64,000 nucleotides of DNA from Azolla caroliniana (taxonomy: Eukaryota > Plantae > Polypodiophyta), in NCBI GenBank assembly GCA_043228905.1, contig JBHGNT010000012.1, positions 620,001 to 684,000 of the forward strand, given 5' to 3'. The position numbers and the translations under genes are program-made. Position 1 is the stretch's first letter. The number at the start of each line of letters is the position of its first letter. The notes beneath the pieces were generated by a model, which worked only from the letters and a program-made list of their open reading frames with translations, did not search any database and was not told where the DNA came from. This document shows, piece by piece, positions 47,831-64,000 of this stretch.

Positions 47831-50466
47831 CACCTCCACATGTAGAAGAAAGAAGAAAAGAAGAACTAATGCTTTTGTTAACAGCGCAGCGTGATCCAAA
47901 ACAAATTTCATTTCTCAGTCTTTTTTAAACATCTCCAATAAAGTGACCCGCATACGGACGGGTTATATCGATTCCCTTAGCCGGTATCAAGAACATCTTC
48001 TTATCAGTAAGCTCTGCGTTTTTCTTCGATTTTGTTTACACATATTTCTGTGTCATTGGATTGGTTTTATTTCATAAGTTTTCTAGGTGTGTGTGTGCAT
48101 GTAGAGGCATGTGTAGGTCACTATTCATGCTTAGTGCATGCATGGGGATCCTCCTGTCTGTCTATCAACTGAGATCTTTTTTAGTCGAATTCAGGGATCC
48201 AATGTTCGAGCATATGGAACTCTTAACTCAATTCGTTCATGTCGAGAAACAATGAAGAAAAAAAGTCTTGTTGCATCTTTTTTCAAATGCATGCATTGGG
48301 GATATATATATATAGCATATATCAAAGTTTTGGTCAACAATTCCCAAATGCGAGAAGAATTGACCAAAGATTTGGTCGAGTAGCATAGATAAATTAAGAA
48401 GTGGGATTGCTCGACTATATCTTGCAAGAGCTTGGACATAATAGACCAAACATCATTCGTTTATACCCACGGCCTGCAGTTAAGGTTTCATGGAATTTCA
48501 AAATATTAAATGGTCTAAAGAAACATTGGCCAAAAATCTGCAGATTGTCATGGGCAGAAACTCGAATGGATGCGTCATTTCTCCCGAGTGAAAGAATATT
48601 GTGTTCTTGACCAAGCCATTTACTTTGATTATGAACTATTTACCCACTAATTCTCTATACAGCTCCTATAACTAACCATATGCCTTTTGTTTTTCGTTTA
48701 TTCATTGTGTTGGTGTGTTCTTTTTCTCACATTCGCTAGGCATGTGGATGGTGTTTATTGTGCTCGCTATGCGCGGCCGCGTTTATAGCATTCATAATGT
48801 CTTTTGATCCTATCCTATTGAGTTCATTACACAAACCCATTCCCGAAGCCATGCTTTCGGAAGCCGAGGAAATAAAAAATCAAGCGTTATTACGGCATAA
48901 ATCCTCATTCTCCTACGAGTAGAACTAAATCTCGCCCATAGAATCAACTAGATGTAGCCATTATAGAGAGAACAAGGTTGCTTGTTTATTTATTTGACAT
49001 CTAGAAGATACCCATAATTCCTTTTGTAAATTGTATTACAATTTATACAAATGGTGCAGATTACTTGATTGTTGATACGATGCGTCTCTTTGGGTGAACT
49101 GTTCGGGTTTGTAAAACTATTTTGAAACTAATTTTGATTGCCAACAATCCTTGAAGGGTGTCAAGGCAACGTAAAATTGATAATCACAATAATTAATACC
49201 AAATGCACGTGACTCTCGTTGCGTTTGAGGGCCGTGATTGATGGATCACCACTAGGCCATTCATCATGATTTTGGTCCAATTTATACATTCTCTCACAAA
49301 AGCATTCTCATATGAACGATCGAGAATGCCCCCAAAAGGCTAACGTTTCAACATTTATTTTTTTATCACAATGGGTCTTGCAACATTCGTTCTATTTTTG
49401 GGAAATGGCAAACGTTGCTTAGCGAGACGTTGACCCTACATCACAAACTCACAAGAACAAAAAACAGGTTGAACATAATTATTGGCCAACACTTGTCTTA
49501 ATTCGTTACTCCATTAAGTATGGGTAAGATTTGGTTTATTGAACATTTGGCTAATATACTTGAGACTAGGAAGTGCTAACACATGAGATAGACCACATAC
49601 TGGGTGCCAAGCAAAAAGTCGAAAGACTCTTGCACATAAGGAATACCAAGTTTTCGGAAACTTTTGTATAAAAACTTCAAGCATCAGAGTTCCAAGAACT
49701 TATGATATTTGATGGGGAGCCGTTTTGAATCTCGTGGATGGAGCTAGAGTATACAAACAAAAAAGCTTGATTAAAAAAACACAAGAGCCTTTGTGAATGG
49801 AGCTAGAGTAGAGTATACAAGCAAACAAAGCCTCATTAAAAAAACACAAGAGCCTTCTGGCTATTATTTCCTTCCCCGAATGAACCTAGGCGTTCCGCAA
49901 TTTGCTCGGAAGAGGCTAAGAAGGAGCGTATAATGTTTTCAGACAAAGCTATTCAAGCATCGAGAGGTGTTTGTTTGTTTTTTCCCTTTTGCAAACCCGA
50001 AGGCACGAGTTTGGTTATACCCGAGTAGCCCAAAGGCTTTTAGTTTGGTCCGCCCGAATGGACCAAAGGCTTCAAATTGGTCACCTGAAGGGCAATGTAA
50101 TTGTTATTTTCCCAGAAAAGCCTGTGTTCGGATGATGGATCGTGTGTCGAGCAAGGGGTCAGGGTGTGATTTGTGAGCCAGTTATTCATATTTGGGCAAG
50201 AGTGTGAAGAGCTTGGGTTGAAGGCAGTGAGTGCTATTTTTAGGAAGCATGGATTGAGACAGAGCCATTTTGGGAAATAATGAAAACGCAGGGGCTTATA
50301 GAAAAACCCCTCATCTCATCAAAGCCTCCTGCTTTTTTCCCTTCTTCGTAACAGTAGCCCTAATTTGAGCTCTACCTCCCTTCTCAAACCCTAATCCCTT
50401 CCAGAAAAACCCGCCTTCCCTTCATTACCAAACCCTAAATCCTGAAGCTTCTTCTTCTTCGACAAA

Positions 50467-54618
<4,152 letters not shown>

Positions 54619-57600
54619 TTTGCCTCTTCCAAGGTCAAAGCAGTATTTGTTGTGAGCCGGAAGTTAAGAGGCAATAATGGCTTTAAACCCTTGTCCCAAT
54701 TTAATTCTTCTTAATAAGGTGTGTTTGACTTACATTTCTTGATATCAACTGTATACCATTGCATTTCTTCACTCAATTTGTAAGCTCCGACCATTGTGGT
54801 CTAGTAAAGGTATATGTGCTTTTGCTATGTGTTCTTAAATAAAAGAGAGCATGTAGCTATATAAGCTTTGAAGATGAAATTATTATTTTGTACCAAAGGG
54901 TCTTCATAGAGAAAGCTGGAGAATCGAGGTGAGATTTCTTCCATTGGAGGCAATACTGAACATTCTTCTTGTGAATAGTTCATTGATTGAATAGATTTCC
55001 TAATCATTTTTTTATGTACACTGTCAAGATTATGTGTGTTGATTGAATAGTTATAACTTGAATATCATTCTCTAATGAGCGTTTTCATACCCTTAGAAAA
55101 AGGTAAGAGAAGCTTACAATATTAATTAGATGCTGCAGAGATTTATGGCATTTTCTTGTTGTACTCATTTGCAGGATATGTTTAATTATTTTGATGAGTA
55201 AATAAAAATAAGTAAAGGTACTTCAAAGTAGCACAAGAATCTATGGAGAAATGAGCAACAAGATGCAATACTTAGATGAAGGTGCACTCATTCATAAAAA
55301 ATTGTGCGAAGCTTAGGACTAAGTCGTAATGCCACCAACCTCATGTGTATTGTTATATATAAAATTTGTGTAATATACACTAATGAAAATTCATGCAAAT
55401 AAAATGATTTAGATGTGGTAAGCATGCAATGTTACCAGGGTCATATTGAAAGTGACATTAATATCCACACACCACACACACATGGCATACTTTGGATCTG
55501 CATTTGGTATGGTTGATGTTTTACCCATCAGATTATCTTAAATCTTGTTGCCCTAAGAATACAACATGCCCATAACATGTTTGATTGGAAGGATCATCCT
55601 TTGAAAGGTAATCTTCTACATTCACGCTTGGCACAGGTGCATTGTTGTACATGGCCTATTTGATTCTTCACCTTCCAACCACATCCAAACCTATTCATTC
55701 AATTTGATTCATCTTCACCCTCAAATCTATTTTTATTCACTTTGTTTCTTCACCTTTCAATGTTTTACTTGTTCAATTATACTAAATTCAAACCATGGTT
55801 AAGGATACAATGTGCCCATGACATAGTTTGGTTGGAAGGATCATCTTTTGAAATGTAATCTTGTGCATTCACCCATCCCACATGTGCATTGTGTCATACT
55901 TGGCTTATTTCAACCCTTGTATTATGTTCTTAAACTAATTTCTAAAGCCATATTTTAAGGAAAGTTGTCTAGAAAGTCATAAGGCCATATTGGTTGGACC
56001 CAATAATTAGAATTCACGATGATACCCATGACTTTTTATATGGTGAACCCCTCTTTGTTTAGATACCCATAAAGCCATCTTTGTAGGAGCCAAAATTTGG
56101 AGTTTGTTATTTCAAAAAGACTTTTCTTACATTTCATTGCCATTTTCAAATTGATTCTAATTTTGTTCAGTTGGTAGAAAATTTAAACTGGATAAACTCT
56201 ATTAATTTCCATTGTATATATTATTTCTTGTTATGGTACTCGCAAAGGAGTTGTGGATACCGTGGTACGAAAATAAAAGGAATGGGCTAGCTTAAAAGTT
56301 TTGTATTTAAGAGTTCCAATGATGTAAGTTGTGAATATTGAATAATGTACCAGTTCCAGGAAGATAAGGTTTTAACATTGCCAAATGATGAGAGCGTTTG
56401 AGTCTGTAACTATGTACAAAAGCATTGCGTTGACATTATTCATGAGAATTAGATTGAGGTGCCAAAAGCACAATCACCATTGTATGTTGTAGGGCTTACC
56501 TTGGCGAGAACTTTTAAATCATTGTTGCCAATCATTACTTAATATGGGCCTTTTCATTGTGTGTATTGTTGATAAGCTCATACATTACCAAATAATTGAG
56601 CATTTTATTTATTTTGATTCTTAGTTGAACGTTGTTTGTTCTTTTACAAGGTCAAATTGTTTCCTTTGCCACTTAAGATATTTAATATTTCATTCATTGA
56701 ATTTAGATTATTTGACTCTACAATGGCTTTGATCCAAGTAAGGTCATTTTTTAGAGTGTTCAAAAAAGTCAAACTTACACACGTATGAAGAAAATACTAC
56801 ATTTGTTAAAAGAATCAATGTCATTGAAATTAAATATATGGATGTTGCGAGTTATTTACATTGACATCAAGAAAACATCTATCTAATTTAAAAGCATTTA
56901 TCGACGAAGTACTAAGTGCAAGAAGAACGAGCTTAATATTTTGATTCTCATGTTGCAAAAAAATATTTTCTAGGTTGAGTTGGTAGAATATAACATCATC
57001 CTTTCCTTGTCTGCCTAATTTTTTTGTTTTGTTTAGTTGGGGGAGATTTATTTGTAACTAACTTACAAGTGACCACCTTGTTTCATTGAGGTTATAATCA
57101 ATGAAATGAAAGCTTAACAAATCATAATCAATTTATCTCTTTTAGCACAACCAACTAGCATGCGACATTCCATGAAGATTGAAACAAAGTAACTTCACGT
57201 ATATTGTATTATATAGTGGATAATTTTGATTTTCGATCATTATAGGTGTATAGGCTACTCTCTATAGACATGTTCATATTAAAATGATTGTTTTAACGAT
57301 GTGAATCCATATGTTGTGTGCGCGAGGGGCACATTTATACAAATGCATGCATAGGTTCCTATGAGTATGATTAAAGTGAATATGTTTGATGTGTTATCAA
57401 TGTCTTTGACGATGTTTTAAGAAATATGCAATGAGCGATCCCCCCCCCCCCCCCCTCCCCACCCTAGTTATTGACTTGTATAGAAACCATGCATTGTAAA
57501 GATTTAGTACAAAATGTTCCTTCTTATGTACCATTCTATAATTATATATGTAGCATGTTTTAAATTGGCAAAAAACTTTATAACAAATCCGTTTTTGGTC

Positions 57601-60600
57601 AAGTGCATTTAGCTTCTAAATCGTTTGTGACATTGTTTAGGTGCTATGAACACAAAAAAACATTGCCATAATGGTCTTGTATAGGTGTGACGCATAAACC
57701 TTCTCATAAGCAATTCTTGTACTAAGAACTTGATAAAATAGCCTAGAATAGCTTCTTAACAAGATGTAGGATGCTTAATCCTCAAGGCCAAGGAGCCATA
57801 TAAGTGACTTATCTTTTTGAACAAAATTTCCCTATAACAAGTTGCAACATAACTCTCTAACATTAGTTGTGAGTGAGACATAGAGTAAATGATGAAATGC
57901 ATAGAGTACATCTTAGTGAAGGAATAAAGAGTGAATAAACATGTTATGTGTATGCTTAAAGATGGCACTAGGGAATGACTTTAGAAAATTGTATCCAAGA
58001 CGACATGGAGAATCTAGAGGTAAATAAGGGAATATTTTACAAAACATGTATATCATATGTTCTTTGAGTATCTCGACGATGCCAAATTCCATGTTGTATA
58101 GGCAAGGTGTAAGTATGACAAGGATGAGGTCAAATCGGCTTTAAGTGGAACGGGACACGTGGTTATAATTTGGAAAATATCCCAATGAACTTGGACTTTC
58201 CCAAGTATGTGAAGGAGGTATTAAAAAACAAGGCACATGGGTTACTTGATTGTCTAACGTAAGCAAAAATCAAGGATATACATGGTGTTTGTTTGGACAC
58301 ACTTGTTAATTTCTTTTATATTATTGAGTCCAAGGTAGTTTGGGGCATGTATAAGTGAGAGACTAGAATATGGGCCCAAGTTTAAGAAAAACAAAAACGT
58401 AACTGTGATAGACTTTGAGAAGACTAAAGCGACTCCTACTTAGAAATGCATTAGATGACCCTTTTTAAATTTAAGATGTGTTGTATTATTGTCTAATAGA
58501 TATCCTAGTCTTGAATGGATCATAAAATCAATGCAAGTGTGTGTTTTGTTATTGTGGTTCATGAAATTACCCTCCTGAGTATGATGATACCAAATGTTTT
58601 TTTACTAGCCTTACGATTATCATAGATGTATTGCTGATTGTCTAATGGAACTTGTGCAAAATATTAAATGAATTAATGTGTTTGTTATTGGCCTCCTGAG
58701 TACGATAATACCAAATGTTGGTCAACATACGTTACATACAACCAAGACTAAGAAATGTAAGCATACACACTTAAAAAATGTTAATGTGTATACTTTTATG
58801 TTAATGGGTGTATGAAAATGTATGTGCAAATACATGCACGCAAGAAATACTCTTTTTAAGTCTTGGACCATATTTGTTGAGTTTGATTCCCTATAACTAC
58901 CGAATGGGATCGTACACGCCGACATTTACGGAACATTATTATTTGATTGCAATTCTTTTCGGTTGATCAAATTCCCAAATACATCCTTCTCAGCATCCGC
59001 TTATTAGTTGCATTCAGGAAAAGGCGTCGGTATTATCCTCTTTGTCATCATCATCCATATTATAGTATGCATTATTCGCACCCACGCCTCACATGCATTT
59101 GTTTTCATAACTAGTTTTATTTTGTAGTATTACCATAGGATTCGTTCTCACCATCTTTATTATATTTTTTGTTTGTTTGTTGTTTCTTTATATATTGTGC
59201 CTCATCCTTCACCATCAAGCCATGTGCGATCCTATGGTTTGTAAGCACTTTCTTGAGTTCATTAATGCACATCAACTAACACACAAAAAAAATAGAGATC
59301 CACCTGCCTTCCACATTCATTGGGCCCAACTCACTATGCACATTGGCCTCACAAACCCCCTTTCTTATTTTACACTTGCTTGTGTACCACTCTCTCTATC
59401 GGGCAACCATGGCTCTTTTCTCCTTTACTATACCTCTAGACAAACCTATGGTGTTCTAGGCCTCTATCATGCTTCCTCTACTTTTTCATATCATAAAGTC
59501 AAAACTCATCAATGTGGCCATCATGTTCCTTTTTGCTCACATCATCTTGTTTTCTATCACAGTTTGAAATTGCAATTTGCAACTACGACTGTCGTCAATG
59601 GCCTATTCTCCCTCTTTCTATTTTGACAAACACACACATAGAAACAAGTAGCACATCAAATGCCGTTAAATCAACCGTAAAGTAAGGGGAAAACTCATTT
59701 GACAAACCTTATGTTCGGATACATTTATCTAGAAGGTTCCTCATTGCATCTTATTTTATAGGTAAGAACGGATTCAGTTTGTACACTATTGACGTACCAT
59801 GTGTTTGTGAGTAGAAAACATAGTTCTTTTCACTTTCTTTGGCAAATAATATGGGACAAATAAAGAGCGCCATGCTCATGATAAGTGACAATGTCGACCT
59901 TGGATATAGCATCTACCAAGTATGTAATGTAGCATTCTCAAATTTGAAACTTGAGCTTCTAAGTAGTGTGTGCATTTACAAAGTCGGTAAATACATCTAT
60001 AGACTATATTTTTACAACTTTCCAAAGTAGAGACATACAACCACTAAAAGTGAAGTGACAGTTGAGGGGAACAACATGCAATTATTAATGTGCGAAATTC
60101 TAAACATGATTTAGATTGAATTCCACGTGTTAAATATTATTTCCCTCCTTTTTTACTATGTTTTGATGTACAACATTATGGTTCTAGGATAGCATATTAC
60201 TATGTACACTGTTTTGTACGTAAACATGTTTTTCTTTCTTTCTTTAAAAGTTTGTTTTTCTCCTTTTATCGGAATTTTAGCACATCCCCACTTAGATTCC
60301 TATCCAATGTATTGCATCATTCTCAAAGTCGAGAAATACAATTGGATTTGAGAAAAACACATAGCTTTCTTATGCCTGTCACTTTTAAGGTTTTGTAACG
60401 CATACCTAGAATTACCCTTCTTGGGGGGGTAATTGTCTAGTTCAACCATGTGTTACTAATCCTACATGCCTTACATCCATTGGGTCTACATGCTCCCTTA
60501 TTCTATGAGCCACACATGTTTCTTTCTCTTTTGATGTATTTGGACTAGTGGGGTCTGAAGCATCCCTCACCCCCTTGCCTTTTGTTTTCCTAAAGTCAAA

Positions 60601-63600
60601 CATCATCGATGTACCCGATTCTTTCTTTTCAATGAGTTCCTGGTTGCCTGTCATGATTTGGAACTACCATTATGGTTGTCGTCAATGAGCTTTCTTGCTC
60701 ACTAGAACCAAGCATTGATTCTCAAATATGAATTCTTTAGAGGCATGCAAAACATATACGTTTTACATTATTTTTAAACAAAAAGGAATAGCTTACACTA
60801 CAATGCAATAAGTATCGATAAAAAACACTAGCAATGGAGATTAAGGGTGTTTAATTATTTCCTTATGAATCTCTAATCATAATGCAAGTTTAGTGGTTTG
60901 CATCTTTATGGTAGCTAGAAGCACTTGTTTTTTAGATGGGGGGTGGCAACTATGTATTTTAACAATCTACAATATAGCAAGCCCTTACTCAAAAAATGGA
61001 ATAACATACCCATGTTTTTATTGTCTAATTAAGCTTTTCGTAAACTAGAAGGATTGTTTTTCTTTCCAAGGCTTCCTCTATTTGTTTTACTCTTGAAATT
61101 TAAGTGTTTCTAGATGGTTGATACTTTATCCCTTGAGTGGTTTATCAAATTTTGTCACCCGACGCAGAAACCTATTTAAAGCTTAAAAACTTGTTCTTCA
61201 TACTTCAAGAAAAGAGTTTTGAATAGATCTAACCAACAAGTCACGAAATATTCGGAGCTACTTAAAGATTTTTAGCTCAATAATGAGCAATTCTATTACC
61301 AAGGACCATCCATATTCCCAAATTATGAGCCCTCTCCTTCTCGACATTGGGAAGGTTTTGATTATGGTTAACAACAAGTTAATTCTAGGCTAAATGTTGC
61401 AATGAAGGGGGTATGGAAAGAGAAGGGTTTCAAAAGGAAGGATGATCAATGGGTTTAAGGTGTACCGTCGAAAATGCTAAGTCGACTAAGGGTTAAAATT
61501 CATTTCTTTCAGTAACTTTCTAATTTAAATGGGTAGTGCATATTGGTTTTCACATTATCCACATTCCCCATAGAATTGATAAGCTAGATTGATGGGACAC
61601 ATACTATTTTGTTTTAAATATGTAATCAATATGAGATTTTTACTCCTTCAACCTCCCTTAGTGAAAGTATGGCGACCTTCGCCACTAAGATAATGTAGCT
61701 CTGTCAACAATTCATATTCAAAACATATACATAAATTGGGAATAGTAAAGAGTGACTCGATGGAACATTTATGATTGAATGGGGATATATGATATAACTC
61801 TATTCAAGCAACCCTAGAGATAAGGTCAATTATGTTATCGAGATGTCCACTTTCACCTTCTTTCTTAAGCACAAAAGAATGTGCCTCACCTCGGCACAAA
61901 ATATGCTGAAAGTTAAACTTGATTGAGGTGGCATAGGAAGAAGAAGAATAGTTGCATGAAAACACAACATGCAGTATCACAATCACTCATAATTGTTGTA
62001 TTAATATACGAGGAACTCTCCTTTATTGTAGACAAGGACAAAACATACATTGCACATGATACTCTTGGCCCTTCTTAGACAATGATCAATATGCTCCACC
62101 CTCACTAGAAAAAAAAACTAGTATTTGGGTGGCAATGTGACCGACACAACCATTACTTCATAAATTTAAGCTATTTCGTGGGTCATATCAAGATTGGAAA
62201 TGATATATTTGGAGTTCTATGATAGAATTCAATCAAATTATTTGTATTGGATTCTTTGGCACACTTGGTTATATCATATAGGTTAATAACATACATGCCT
62301 TTCTTTGGGTCCCTTCTTCTCTCATTGCATTTAATCTTCTTGCTCTTAGACAAGGTTTACACTTTGGAGCTCAAACGTTATTAGTCTTTTAGCCCGTTGT
62401 ATCCGCTCAAGAGTGTTTTTTTGCCAATAATGAATGCACAATAGCTCCATCGATTTCAATAGATCAAGTTCCGCAAATTCCTCATAACCTCCACTCTCAT
62501 GAAAAATTGATACTGATGATGCAATTTGGTTAATTACACCCTTTGGGAACTTAGACAAGCAAACCATGCTATGCGCACAAGGAAAATGGCATGGTTAAAA
62601 AGAAAAGCAAACCTTTGTTTGCACATGACAAGGATGGTATGGTTGACTCTCCAAAAACATTATTGAAAGCATGTGTATGTTCACCACTTGAAGCATAGTA
62701 TTCTCGATAAGTAAGTTAACTACTTTTGTGAGGAAAACCTTTTATTAATAATGAGAAATTGGAATAATGTCTAAACAACCACCCAAGCTAATTGTGCTAG
62801 TGTGATAGACACGCTTTTACTCTCTCGGTGCGTAACAAGCCTTACAACTTGAAGTCTAGGGGTCAAGTTTCACACATCTTTGCTCTTTCAATGATGATGA
62901 TTTCAAGTTTGAATATCGACCTCAATTTTTCTCTTATAAAATCAATCAAAAAGAGAACTAATCCCCCCCCCCCCCCCCCCCCCTCCTCTTATTGTATATA
63001 CATATATATAGATAGATAGACACTCACATACATTATAGTTGTTTGACAAACTTGTCATGTTAAATAAATTTTGAAGCATGAATTGAAAGTGATAATGTGT
63101 GCCAATGGGTCCACAACTCAGATGGGTGTGTCAATAATTTAGAGACAATGACATTGTTAGGTTGATAAACCGACCGATGTGGCATGTAGTTTAAGAGAAG
63201 TGATAAATGCGTCTTAGACTCATGTGGCACAAACTTGAGGAGGGAGCGAAATGTGGTGTAGCGGGGATGTACTCCGAAAGTAAAGATTTGAACCCACGAC
63301 ATTGCGTCGATAGTCTACTGTCTAGGTACAAGGGGAGGGGAGAAAAACAAAAACCGAGCATGTGAACGTCGTCTCAAAGTATACAAGTTGGATAGGCAAA
63401 CAAGTAATGATTTCATCATGATTGTAGACCCCTCCACCCCTAGGAAAGGAAGAAGAAGCCTTTCCCTTCTCCCCTTTAAATGCCAAAGCTCTAATGAACT
63501 AATGAATCCTAAACCTCAACACCTATAACTTCCTTCCTTCCACTTCTTTCTAATACACAAGAAGAAGAAGGAGAAGGAGAAGGAGAAGAAGAAGAAGATC

Positions 63601-64000
63601 AATGGGCATCCTTTCCATACTTCTTGTTTCCTCTCTTTCCTACATTGCATTATTTGCCTTCTTCTTCTCTCTTCCTTGCTTGGTTGTGGTCTCTAGGCCT
63701 CTAGAGAAAGAAGGCACTACAAACCAAGTGCAACACAATGGAGAGCTTGGTGGGCAATTAAGGTAAACACTTTTCATATGCTCTGTACAATGATTCTTAG
63801 GTACTCACATGCAGATTAGCATAGAGATTTATTAGTGAGTAAATAAGAGGTCTTTCACATACACAAACATCAGTTGCCTACCATTCATTGCTTGTGCATT
63901 TGTCTCTCTACCCAAGGGTCCCCTACCCACCCTTTCACATATGTATATTGCTCAATGGTGTCCCTCTACCTACCTAAGAGCTCTTTCACATGCTCCAATT

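Noticed and set aside
48250-48900. Possible hAT-type transposase N-terminal relic
   Set aside because: Only a faint W...W..C pattern; not supportable by eye.
55000-64000. Short ORFs and possible transposon relics (about 61000-62730 and 63300-64000)
   Set aside because: No recognisable domain, splice pattern, termini or TSD. Treated as decayed intergenic DNA.

Overview
Plant nuclear DNA, probably from a non-seed land plant such as a fern (inferred from the TIR motifs and retroelement types). About 1.2-28.2 kb is a minus-strand tandem array of a two-exon gene that joins a TIR domain to a Vps62/DUF946-like (beta-tripod) domain, with no NB-ARC or LRR. Two copies are intact (10722-12361, 433 aa; 18075-19567, 410 aa) and three are relics (1252-1323, 7638-8092, 22261-28203). 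Repeated W-box-bearing promoter modules lie between the copies. Retroelements in the array include a chromovirus Ty3/gypsy 3' end, a solo LTR holding a LINE, and an RT-less Ty1/copia holding two solo LTRs. The right half has a 4-exon DUF936 gene, a PPR relic, a 3-exon RIN4/NOI-family gene, a hAT-like MITE, a MULE/SWIM relic and a 10-exon adenylosuccinate lyase gene. The main candidate for an undescribed system is the TIR/beta-tripod array. All domain calls and identities were made by eye, without database searches.
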